Below, piece by piece: positions 1-12,449 of a stretch of 64,000 bases of DNA (position 1 is the first letter of the stretch; every line of letters starts with the position of its first letter). Position numbers and translations under genes: made by a program. The notes under the pieces were generated by a model. The model made no database searches. It saw only the letters and a program-made list of their open reading frames with translations, and was not told where the DNA came from. Source of the DNA: Kudoa neothunni (Eukaryota > Animalia > Cnidaria); contig OZ199838.1 of assembly GCA_964304625.1 (NCBI GenBank), positions 5,746,243-5,810,242 of the forward strand, given 5' to 3'.

Positions 1-320
1 ATAATAAAATTATATTATTTTTAGGTTAGAATAAATGAGTTTATAAATTAAATAATTAACTTTTAGATATTTAACAAGTCAAGCTCGCTCCATATGTGAA
101 AATTTTAATAGCCCCATTGTACATGAGGTTTAATTCAGCATAATGGTAAACTTCGGAGTTGAGATCTCTCTAATATTTATTTCCATTATATTTTTCGGTC
201 GACCTATTTAATTATTTTGGTTTGAATATAATTCCAGTGTAACCTCAGACTTTGGCCATAATCCGTTCTAGAAATGTGTCCGAACTCAAAATAATTTTTC
301 CCCATGCAACATAATGAAAA

Positions 321-3300
321 GGAAGTGGCTATTCTTACGACAACGAATATCTTTTTTCTTACTACAGATATTTTAAATATGAATTTAAAAACATTTTATT
401 ACATTTTTTTCCTACAAAAATTTAAGTTTTTATAAATTATTATTGCGATAAAACTAATACATATATTTTTGCCTTATTTCGCCATTACAAGTACTAAAAA
501 TGATTAAAATCAGATCTTCATTAACATTTACGACATTTTAAAGAATTTTTGAATCGAAAAATCACGAAAATTGTGCTAATATAACATCATTTACAATGGA
601 GACCATTAGCCCACGTATCAACGTTACGGTCTGGTACGGATTAATTGTTTGAAATAGTATCATTTTATAAGATATTTACAGAAAAATACAACTAATATTA
701 ATCAAATTTAGAATTTTTTAAGCCAAATAGACTGAACTCAAAAAATCATACGTCATCACTTCATAATTCAAGTTACTTAACATTAAAATATAAATCGAAA
801 TACATAATTAGCAATCAATATTTGGGAAATGTCATAATTAATTAACTTTTGTTATCAACTATCAATTGAAATTTTATTTTTGTTTTTTCTTCGGAAGTCC
901 AATAGTAGTTAATCTGCTACCCCTGGGCCTTCCGACAGACTTGACTTTGGATGGAATGGGTACATCTAAAAATGTTTTATAATTACTAAAAAATTAGTTA
1001 CTTTTATATGTATCATTAGTTTTTTCCTGATTCATACTTTTACTAGCAAAGCTTTCAGCTAAATACATTACCATCACTAAGTACTATGGTTAGTTTACCG
1101 TATTTTTCTTCCGTATATTCATCATCTAAGTTTAAATTATATTAATAAAATATTTTCATTTACGAAATACTTGTGTAAGACAATTCACTTTCAGGATTGG
1201 AGGATATGATTTCAATGAAAGCGTTATCTTCTCTCAAATTTATTTTCACTAATATACTTTACACATTTGCAACAAATAGTAAATAACTTAGTTCATTTAT
1301 AGTAGACATCATTTTCGTATCATGATTTTTAATCATACATTCAAGTCTTCTAAAAACTTCAATAGAAGTTTGAAAATAATCTCCGCAAAACTCTGCAGAT
1401 GTAGTCGCCAACTTTTTTGTAAGCACTGAAGACAGTCTTAATCTTTGAGAAAAGGTTTGGATAGTGTCTTTAGGTTTGATTTTTACAACTCCCTCATCAT
1501 GAAAATCTTTACAATTGTTAACATTTAGAACATTTAAGAAATTATTCGCATGCTCCCTAGCCCAACGAGAATGGCACAATGATTCATCAAACAAGTTGAT
1601 TAAATTGAGTGCACGTTTTTGTAGAATATGACGACAAGGAAGCTTGAATGCTTTATGCATTGAACAATTACGGGAATTGTAACTGGAATTTTCTTCTAAA
1701 GTGGCGTCCTTTATTTTTGATAATTCTTCCTGGATTATACTTGAAGAATAGGGCGTGAGATAATTATGATATTTTATGAAAGTTTCATTATCGTTGGAAG
1801 AGTCGTATGGTTTTATTAGTTCCATAGCAATGTTGCTTTGCCGCTCAATCCTTTGCGATTTCAAAAATCGGAAGAAATTGTCGAAAAAATCACTCAAAGT
1901 TGAAAACTTTTTCACTACAGTTTTTAGTTTTGCATTAATGGATTCAATTCTGTTATCCGTTGTATTATTATAGTAATGCTCAGCCATACTTAATCCAATT
2001 ATCCATTCCTGGTAAATGGATAGCCAATTCTTTTTGAAATAATCATTAAGTTCCTCAACTCCGAGGTCAAAAAGTTCACAACATAAGCTAAGCGGTCAAA
2101 ATTTTCCTTGTTCTTGACATAAGTCATTTTTTCTAATATTTGAAGAATAAGTGTTTTTGTTTCGGTTGTTATACCATACTTTCCGACTTTTATTTCCCGC
2201 CGTAACGCTTGTAATACATGGAATTTACATAGTATCAACTTTGTAGAAGGAAATACGAAACTTAAACATTTTCGTAACAAATGGTCTTTGTCAGTTATTA
2301 TTGACATCGTTTTGGATTGTAACCACGGTGCAGCATCTAACAATTCGTTCAGAAACCATGTTATGGCTTCTGCTGTCTCCTCATATAAAATACAGGCACT
2401 AATGATATGGGTTAAACCGAAAGAGTCTTGAGATGCAGTTAAATAAAGAGGAGCTCTACAAATACAATCGCCATTTGTTATAAAATAGGGTTTCGTACCT
2501 TGAATCCAACAGCTTTAAGTGGCATCTATGAATAATAGCTCAGGAAAACATTCAAGAACATGGAGCATTTCGTTATCCACGAAGAAAATTCCATTGACAG
2601 AATTTTCATTAGCAAGAATTTTAACTCAGAAATTATAATCATTTTTCAATATTGTAATAACGGAATCAATATTTTTCGGTTCGACGGTAGAAACAGTCTT
2701 TACATTATGGATAGATTTTCATGTAATTTTCTCTCCGGTTTCTTCGCTTAACTTACATTGAATTAACCTTTTATTTGCTCTTAATGATATTAACTCCGAT
2801 ATCATTGGATCATCCAGGTTAATTCTTCTTTGTGGAGGAGGGTTTTCGAACATTCTTTGATCGCAGGAATGGTTATGGACTAAATTTAGTGATTTCACCT
2901 CCAAAAAGTTACCGTCCACAGTGCTCCGGAGCGAGATAATAAATGGGCATTCCTTCTTAAATGATAATTTGTTTCTATCTCCACTGCTTTTGCGTTTGTA
3001 AGGAACACCAAAGAAACACACGTAATTAATGTCATAATAAACCAACTGAGAATTTATGGATCTGTTTAATCTTCGTTGTGCATTTGAAATTTTTCTCGAA
3101 TGTCTAATTTTTAAATTGCAAAAATGTTTTTCTTCGTATTCTTTCACTTTAATTTGTAACTTTTCGTACGAATCAAATTTCATTCCAATAAAGAAGTCAG
3201 CAGACTGTTCACAATCCATGATTTCCATAATACTGCGCAACATAACGTTTTTACTTTAAAATGATTGGGGATATTAACAGACTCGGAAACAAATTGTTAA

Positions 3301-3958
3301 TATATGTAATGAATTACTAGTAAATATTATATTTTTTAAGATAATTAATATTAGCAGGTTTTATCTTTTTGTTAAAATTATGCCGTATAATTATGTGGTG
3401 GAGGAAATAATCATTTTATCTAATTTTTAAGACAATAATATTATTAAAATTTATTTAATGTAATTATTATGAAATACAATTAACCTCAATATCTTTCCAG
3501 ATACTTAACCTGAAAAATATATATCATTTTGAACGAAATAATAGGTAGTTACTATGTCGCTATACTCACCAAGATAAATGAAGTATGTTATAAACAAATA
3601 GAACAAATTAGATTATTAATTTTAAAAATAAGCTTTTAAAATTGCATTTTGGATCTAAATGTAATTAAAATGTGATGTAGTTCGTGACGCAATAATCGAA
3701 TGAAGTTACATTAGCACAATTTTCATGATTTTTCGATTCAAAAATGCTTTAAAATGTTGTAAATGTTAATGAAGATCTGATATTAATCATTTTTAGTACT
3801 TATAATGGCGAAATATATGTATTAGTTTTATCGAAATAATAATTTATAAAAACCTAAGTTTTTGTAGGAAAAAAATGTAATAAAATGTTTTTAAATTCAT
3901 ATTTAAAATATATGTAGTAAGAAAAGAGATATTCGCTGTCGTAAGAATAGCCAGTGCC
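321..3958 (-). mobile_element. Mutator (MULE) DNA transposon, copy 1
   Basis: ~260-bp TIRs (321-585 / 3706-3958); perfect 9-bp TSD TAATGAAAA (312-320, 3959-3967); internal transposase. Confidence 0.93.
870..3243 (-). pseudogene. MULE transposase (FAR1-like N-terminus, DDE, SWIM finger), frameshifted, with a 43-nt intron
   Basis: ORFs 2719-3243 (CPFIISLR..HNH), 1999-2343 (ITDKD..CKFHV), 1259-1987 (TDNRIESIN, LPCRH); intron 2456-2498. Confidence 0.88.
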
Positions 3959-4399
3959 TAATGAAAATTAGTTTAATCCGCTACCGCACATCAAATTAAT
4001 GACAATTTTTATTATTATTTATGGAACAACATACATACCTCGTGTTTATAAAATATAACAAATAAATATTAAATATAATAATAATAATAAAATATAGAAT
4101 AGATATTTTTTGGTTGTAATACGATAGACTATAACGGTTTCCCCTTCGATGACATTCGCACAAATTGATTGAGCAACTCTTATTCCAGAATTACTTTTCT
4201 CCTCTGTTCTTCTCCAACAGGATTTGTTCTGAATACCCTTTCTATAGCGTTCGAACTCCGAAGTTGCATTGTACTTTTAACCCTCAGAAGACAGTGCTCA
4301 AAAAACTAACGCGGGTGACGAAGGGGTGCATTATACACTCCATAAGTCATGTTGATTTTTTCTTCTCCATTGTAATTAACCAAGATATTCATTAATGCC

Positions 4400-5314
4400 A
4401 TCCATACGAACTGTTCTATCCTCATTAACTGATGATGTTCTATTTCTTTGAGATATTTGGTATTTTGTGGCACCCCAAGTGCCCTCGATAATGTTGCTGT
4501 GAGTTCATGAAACACTATCCACATATTCTATACTGATTAACAGTGAGGTGAGTGTAAAAACTATGAAGTGTGGCGTAACTTTTGAAACAGTCAGTGATGA
4601 CAATGAATCCTGGTTTAACATAGGTTTTTCTTTTTTTATTGGAGTTTCAGCAGTTCTGTCAGGGACCTCCAAGAACCCATGCTCCAGTAATACCATGACC
4701 TTTGTTATGCTTTATTTTACTAAACTTTGCCTCTTCAGTTTCTACGGTTGTGTTTTCTCCTCTAATTATGATGTTCTCGAATCTTAAACTGTCAACCATC
4801 ATTTGTCTAAGGTAGTGCGAATAGTTTGTGATAGTTTGAGAAGAGTGACCAGTTATAATGGTCTAGTTAAGAATCTTACACCCACTAACCAATAATAAGC
4901 CATCTCCGCGAAATCATTAACTTTAAGTTTCATATTTTTGAAGATCTTAAAGTCAAAAATGGAGACTTCTTTCCTGCAAGACTTTGCACAGCAGCGCCAA
5001 TGTTTTCTGTGAGTCGAAAATCTGATTCCATCACACTTAATGCAACTGGTAGGATCATCTTGAACGCCACGTTCAATAAGATAATTAATGGAATTTTTTT
5101 CCTTCACTGAAAATTTTATCCAGTGTGTTTCTTGGTGCAATCATTGTTGTGTTGTTGTTTGTAAATAGAGACTTAATCCTTATATATCATGTTTGTGATT
5201 AGGTAATCCTCATAGTGCGGTATTAGTATTACCCACAGTAGACAAACGATTAGTTTCGCCGCTAAGCTCGATAATGTTATAGGATTAATTGGGGTCGAAT
5301 ATCAAATGTGATCC
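4400..5314 (-). mobile_element. Merlin/IS1595-like transposon remnant
   Basis: Zn ribbon CIKC..WRCCAKSC and EVPDRTAET; terminus CAAATGTG(A/G)TCC shared with the copy ending at 28927. Confidence 0.75.
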
Positions 5315-5321
5315 AAAGGTA

Positions 5322-7763
5322 CAGTCAACAACGGTGATTGCGTACATTTGGAGGAATGACAAAAAGGTGCGCAATATCCATCTAATCGCGCTCGCATGAA
5401 ATATAAAACTCAATTATTTTCTTTAAAACAAACTAATTAACATCTATTTTTTGGAAAATTTTCTATAAAAGTACATTTCTAGGTATATTTTACAATTTTA
5501 GATATCCTATCCACCACTGGGTAGGAATCATTCAATCCATTTGGGTTTTAAAATGTTCAGCGTATTTCTGAGATAGCATTCTTCAGTTTCTCCACGTTTA
5601 ATACATACGTGAGTTGATTATTTTCATTGTGATTTGCATCATATTGAGAATTTTTATTCCAAATAAATGGGTTGTTCTTATAAGAATACAAACCAGATTC
5701 TATAATTTCACATGTTTTCCATGATTTAACTGATTAATGATGATACAACCACCTTGTTAGATTTATTAAAACTTTAAAAGTTGAGAATTAAAGGCAAACT
5801 TGATCTTCTTTGTGTATCTAAAAAGGTGTTCCTTCCAAATTAATTGTCGACAAATTCTTCTTTTAAATCTAATTTTGGGAATTAAATTATAAACAGATTT
5901 GGATTTACCAAAGTTTGGTTGGGTAAGAAAAAGCAAAAGATATACGTAAGAACCATGACATAGAGGTGTGCGCGTGTTTCGAATGAAGTTGTTATTTTAC
6001 GTTTAATTTAATTTTGAAATTTATGATTTCATTTTATATCATCGGTTATATTTATATTCATTAAAAATTTTTTTTACAATAATGCAATTAGATATTAGTA
6101 CCGTTGAAAAACATAATAAAATATTTTTACAAAAAACGTGTTTAAAATGTTAATTTTTAATTGTGAAACAAAAAAACATGATAATTAAATCAAAAAATGC
6201 AATTTGTTCCAATATATTATTCGCTTTTTAATACTTATCATTCATAATTATAGGCCTGTTTTCCATATATAAACAATTTTTTAATTATATTACTAAAATT
6301 TTTACAATTAATCATAATTTTCAATAATAAATAATGATGTTTTAGTTTATAAATTTTTTTAGTGGTTTTCAATAGTTAAATTTAAAAGATATCTATCATC
6401 GAATTTTTTAAGCAGGGTTTCCCACATTATAATGGTATTAATCAATATATTATTTATAATGAAAAATATAATAACTATAATAAATTTAATCAACAAAGAT
6501 TAAACATTTTCTTAATTACTTATTTTCATCATAATGACCAACAAACATATTAACAGTTTTACGTCTCATTGTAGTTTTTTCCTTGATTGTTTACAATTTA
6601 ATGCATCGATTTAAATCTTATTTTCCTAATGAAATATTATATAGAAATTACATAAAAATAAAATTTTATGGATTACAGGAAATATTAAATAAAAATTCTG
6701 CTCCATACTGTCGTTAGATTGCGCACACATAAACACAACTTAGTAATGTTTCGAAATTAATGTAAAGTATGATTATTTGAAAAAAATGTTGTACGCGTGA
6801 CTTATTTTTGTATTACATCATTTTTATATTTTATGTAAGGTTTAACGAATTTGTTAATCTTTTCGCACCGTTATATACATATCTTGCAAATTTTAGAGGA
6901 TAGACACTTTAGTTTATTATTAATCAATAAAAATTGATTTTAATTGATTAAATCGAAAGAAAAGAAAAGAAAAATTCATTATATTGTTATTACTGATTGT
7001 TGTTAGTCAGATTCTTCCAAGATTCTATCGGATCACGTATATTTTATTTATCCTCAATTTGATCATTGGTATTAGGCTCTCAGAAATATATACAATCAAA
7101 GAAGTCAATTTATATTTAGCAAGTAAGCTCACAATTTTCTATAAAAAATATTTAAATGTCACCCACATTGTTAACATTATTCATTTGTCGTGGTTACATT
7201 AATAACATTAAATATGATACAAATATTTTTTAATTTAATCAACAATTAAAATTATGCTCTAATGAAGAAATTTATTCTGTATTTATATTATTAACTATTT
7301 TTATGCAATAAAATGAAATTAATTTAACTCTAAAACAATCTAATAGTGAAAGGGCACATTCATATGTAATCATTATAGTTTTTTGATCTACGTACAATGA
7401 CCAACAATTATAATTTAAAATCGATAAGTCTATTCAGATTCAAATAACAACATTTAATCCTGTAAGGAAGCCAAAGTATTAATAAATTTGTGCACGTGTA
7501 TAAAATTTATAATTATAAAAATATTTCTGTTTTTCTGTATTGACTATTAGTTCAATTTTTGTTATTTAATAAATTTGCCCCGAATAATTTTTATTGATAT
7601 AGAAATAGAAAAACGTTGACATCAACGTTTAATTTCGATCAACTCCTTTAACATTAAAATCACCAAATAATGATTATACACTTTGATTTGGATATATTGT
7701 TAAATTTAATTATGACTAAAATTAATGCGCAATATCCACCTACGCAATAACCGTTGTTGACTG
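5322..7763. mobile_element. 2.4-kb non-autonomous TIR element (Tigger/pogo-type ends), copy A
   Basis: TA-CAGTCAACAACGG...CCGTTGTTGACTG-TA; inverted second copy at 50331-54098. Confidence 0.88.
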
Positions 7764-7765
7764 TA

Positions 7766-8660
7766 AATCACAAGCAAGAGCTTCCAGAGATTTGAATGTT
7801 CGGCGCTCGATCGTAAGTGACATAATAAAAACTTACGATGTCGAGTAAAGAACATTTAAGGCCTCAAAGGGAGGTTCTGTCAATGTAACACTGGCTAAAA
7901 ATCTTAAGCAACGTCTTCGTGATCTCAGAAGACGATTGCACGATAACCCTAAAATCTATGCTCGAAAAGCTAGATTTGCCGATTCATAGAACCACAGTTT
8001 GGAGATGGCTCAAATCACTCAAAATATCTTTCAAAATGACCCGCCCTATTCCGAAAGGTAGGAACTGTACGGAGATAAAATCGGAGCGTAGCTGATATGC
8101 GAATTGGTATCAAGGGCGTCCTCTCGATATACGTTACAAACATTTAATTTTTGTCGACGAGAGTCCCTTTTCGCTCCACATGCTACGCTCCCATGGGCGT
8201 TCACGAGTGGGAACTACACCGAACCTAGTGGTGCAAAACATTAGGGGCAGAAATGTCGCTGTGATCCTCGCTATCAGTGCCATTAGCGTGGTTAATTGCG
8301 ACACTGTGCTTGGTAGTGTAAACCATGTTGTTTTCCAAGAATTCTTGACAAACGCAATCACATAATAGTAATGGACAACGTGAGGTTTCATCATACAAAC
8401 TAAGAGTTATATGATCGATATCCCTACGAAATCCACTATTTACCGAGGTATTCGCCATTTTAAACCCCTACGAAGAGATTTTTCCCTAAATTAAAAGTAA
8501 TGTTCGCCGAAGCGGACCATTGCAAGGGACTAATTATCTGTTGGAGAGAATGGAGAATGCCTCCCATTCTGTCACAGAAACACACCTAAAAAATTATTTC
8601 CGGCACGCCGAAACATTTTTAGGCCACTGTCATACGTTCTAGGATATTGGGAGTGAGTAA
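7766..8660 (+). pseudogene. IS630/Tc1-like DDE transposase remnant
   Basis: FVDESPF, IVMDNVRFH, LPRYSPF.NPYEE motifs across frameshifts. Confidence 0.82.
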
Positions 8661-9384
8661 TATTAGAACAATTAATATTAATTCCAGAAATTTTATTTGT
8701 TCATTGTTAGAATTTTTGCGCATAATGCTTAATTTGCTAACTTTTGTAATTTTTATAAGTAAAAATTTTTTTTCACTAAATCATGAGTTAGAATAACGAA
8801 TGAACGTTAAATTAATAGAAAAATTACTCAAAATACACAATTTATTGAATCCGAATTCGGGTGCAACATTGTCCGGAATCGAGTGCAAAACCCGATAACG
8901 TATTTTAACCAAAAAATGATAGCAGAAAATAGTTCGGATGATCGATGATCTTATTGGGATTTTAATGAGAAAAAAATATGCAGACAGTAACCTAGAATTT
9001 GAGAGTGGCTGGTCTGGTGAATTCTCTCATGATGACTCTGCCGAATATCCAGAAATTTCAAATGATTTAAAGTCATTTATAATGGGATATTAGAGGAGAT
9101 ATCAACTAATAAACCGGGTCTTCAGTGGATATATATCCAAAAATAAAGAAAAAGAACGAGATAACACAATAATGTTAGCAATAAGGTTAGTTTTATAGGG
9201 AATTCTGAAGATATTACGCCGATTATATCTTCATTCGGCTAAACCAGTGGTGGGCACGATAAAAAAAGTAAGTATATAAATTAATTTTAAAATTCTTCTA
9301 ATTAGTAAAGCTTAATAAGGAATTAAATAAATTTTTTAAATATAGAAATTTTGTGATTGGCATATTATTGTAACGATTGAAATA

Positions 9385-9414
9385 CAGTAGGTGCCCACGA
9401 GTCGTCGCCTACTG
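9385..9414. mobile_element. 30-bp TIR-only element
   Basis: TA-CAGTAGG..CCTACTG-TA; same terminus type as 12747 and 47516-48091. Confidence 0.55.
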
Positions 9415-10029
9415 TAATATGCTTTATACTTAATAAATTAAAATTTTGACTGAAGTTATGAAAATTTAATAACACTTGTAAAGTAAACATGAAATATTTA
9501 AACAATGACTCTGATAGAATTATTTCACATTCATTTTAAACATAACATTCAATATAACCTATTATATTATAAAAGAGGACTAAGTTATAGATATGAATAT
9601 AATAAAATTAGAAAAAATTACATTTATGATATTTCAAATTACACAAAAATTGTTGTGATCTAAATATCACCAATGCATGGAAGTAATTTTCTTAAAATTT
9701 ATTACGAAATATTTCAATTCCAAAGTATGATATCAATAACTCGAAATTACAAAAATCGTAATTATTGGTAATTATCAATGTAATATTCACACTTTTTAAG
9801 GTTCTGTTAATGGTTTTTCAGAATAAAAATTCCACCCAACGAAGTTATCATAAATTATTATTTGTTGCCCTGAATTATTTCTTTCAATTTTACTTAGTTA
9901 TTTCAATAAATAAAAGAAATATGTATCATAAGGTTTTAACTCTTAATTAATTGGTTTTGCTTATTATAACTTTCAAAGTATTTTAAGGCCGTTTATTCTC
10001 TATTGTTATCGTTGATTTTCTCACCGAAT

Positions 10030-10213
10030 TCCCTAGGTTTCATTTGGTGCTGCCGCATCAAGTTATATTCCTGTAATACAGGAACTGATTCGAGACGAGG
10101 CCAACAGACCACTTTATCCACTGAATGTGTGAAGAAATATTTCTGAGTCCAATCATCATTAAAACTACGGTTTTCATCAATAAGTGTACGTTTTCAGGGG
10201 GGGGATCATTCAT
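10030..10213 (-). pseudogene. hAT (GTF2IRD2/SPIN-like) transposase N-terminal fragment
   Basis: ENRSFNDDWTQKYFF..KVVC..VLQEYNLMRQH. Confidence 0.65.
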
Positions 10214-11019
10214 GTTTAATTGTACGAACATGTGATGATAACAAACGATGATTAATACGGGAAGCTTGAGCGCATTGTCACACGAGAAAATTAAGAAGAT
10301 AAATAAAAAACCATTTTTACGTTAAGTTGATAAATTTTGGTACATCTCTACTACAAAAATTTCCGGTTAAAAATCTAAGGATATCTAAAAAATTATGAAA
10401 ATTACATCAACTTTATGCCTTTTAAAATATGGCGATATATAATTTGTTGTTAATGCATCCTTCGTAATGAAAGATATGATAATCGTTCCTATTACGTTAA
10501 GCTTCTAATTTAGATATGAGTATCGCATGCTCATGTTTTCTAACATTTAGTTAATTTTAGATTCTTTTGTCGTAAATTGAATCTCAAGTACTAGTTTTTT
10601 CCAAAGTTGACAACCTATTATTTTGTTTTAAGCGCGCATTAGACCTTACTTGGATCACTGTTACATACAATAATCATACGCAGGGTGCAAGCGTAGATAA
10701 AATATCAAATAGGATAACTGAAGCGAGTAAAAGTAACGGTCATAAATCTAAAATATTTTGTTTCTAGTTATAAAGTATATAAGATATCTATCGACAGAGT
10801 TTCGAGTAAACTGAAGTTTACTAACCCATTAATCTTAGGTAATCTGTTAATGTACGGATTCAGACAACTTTGTTAAACATCGTTAATTGCATACTGAGGA
10901 AATGATGGATACATCGTGAAATGCGATTCATCTATAAAAACTAATTTAATGATGTCAATTATCATTAACTTTACAGAAATTAAAATAGATATACAAAGTA
11001 GTTTTATGACTTTGCGCGC

Positions 11020-12060
11020 TTAAAAAAAATAACGCATTCGAACGTTCAATCGTAACATAAGACAACCTACGTAATATATTATATCACTCGGTTTAATTTC
11101 TTTCAATTTGAAACATTGAATGCAACATCTAGCTGAATGATCACTGCAAAAATATCGGTTATACAATCCACAAATCACAACAGTTTTCCTGTCACTTTTT
11201 CTATGGCAGATTTGACACCTATAAGGTTTCATTATTCATTTGGATGATAGTGGAGATGAGTTTGATGAAGGTCTTTCAATAGTTTTTTTATTCTTATTTT
11301 TTAGCAATAATGGATTATATAAGTTTTTGGAAATTTCCTTAAGAAATTCACATCTAACGACGTTTGAGTTAAATATATCTTTACATGTGCAAATTGCATT
11401 TATAAAAGAAATATCTAATACATTAAAAAAACTATCATGGGCCAACGTTTGTTAAATCTTCTTGTCGAGACTGAAGCCAGCATCCGATCGATAATGTCGA
11501 CGCCTCCATTGGATCTATTATAATGGACAATAACCTCCAGTTTTCGCTTCTCTCCGTTGATGATATTATCGTTCATTGAACCGGATGATAGAAGATTGAC
11601 AGGTTTATTTTTTTTGTTCATATATGATACTATCATATTTTTGCCACAATACAGAAAGGTAGTGCTATAGAATTGCCTTTGTTTTGAGGGAAAGACACAA
11701 GGAGATAACTCTCTTATATTTTGGCGGATTGTACCCAATAGAGTAAGTTTTCTTCCAAGTAATTTATTAGAGAGATTTATCGAAGTGAAAAAATTGTCTG
11801 TTACTATATTTCGTCCAGAATAAGATAGGGGTTCAGTAAGGTGTAAAACAATATTTTCTGCACGTGATCTTGATATGGATGATTTTGTAAGACTCCAAAT
11901 TAATCCATCTTTTCCAACCAATGAAGTGTCATATACGCCAAGATTGTCGTCATCAGTTTCTTGAGAGACATCCTCAATCATAACATCCTCGTATTCACTA
12001 CCAGAAGAATCATCGTTATGTAATAAAAATTCAATTCAGAATCCATAGATATTTTCCTGA
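11020..12060 (-). pseudogene. piggyBac transposase remnant, internally deleted
   Basis: GRNIVTDNFFTS, LGTIRQN, YNRSNGGVD, RWP, C-terminal Cys-rich domain. Confidence 0.88.
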
Positions 12061-12449
12061 TATTAAATTATTATTGAATGCAAAAAAGATTTAATATTAT
12101 CTGGTGCAATCGATTGCCTTAATTGAACATGAACAATGTTCGGTTAGGTTACCTAAGATTTGTTCAAATATTAGTTTTGATTTTCCTTAGTATTCTGTCG
12201 ATAAATTTTTTTAATATCTCACATAACAAATTTAACGAAATTTACGTACAAAATTGTAAAATTAAAATGTTGGGTCGATTCGATCCCAAATGATCGTTAG
12301 AAGGTATCCTTCGAATTTTGGCTAAATAAAAAATCTAAATTATCCAATTTTCCTCATTTACATAGAAGAACGTATTTATGAAAAATAACTCAAATTAAAA
12401 AACAATAGAGTTAGGGGATAAAAAGTTATAGGTTATTCAATTTCATATT

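Larger units (their letters stand above)
235..4271. mobile_element. ~390-bp MITE (CAGTG..CACTG-like ends) split by MULE-1
   Basis: 235-320 joined to 3959-4271 aligns collinearly with the uninterrupted copy at 37214-37601. Confidence 0.75.

Noticed and set aside
6984-7202. Paralogous small hydrophobic ORF pair (with 50963-51172)
   Set aside because: The similarity simply reflects the duplicated TIR element; non-ATG starts and no motifs.
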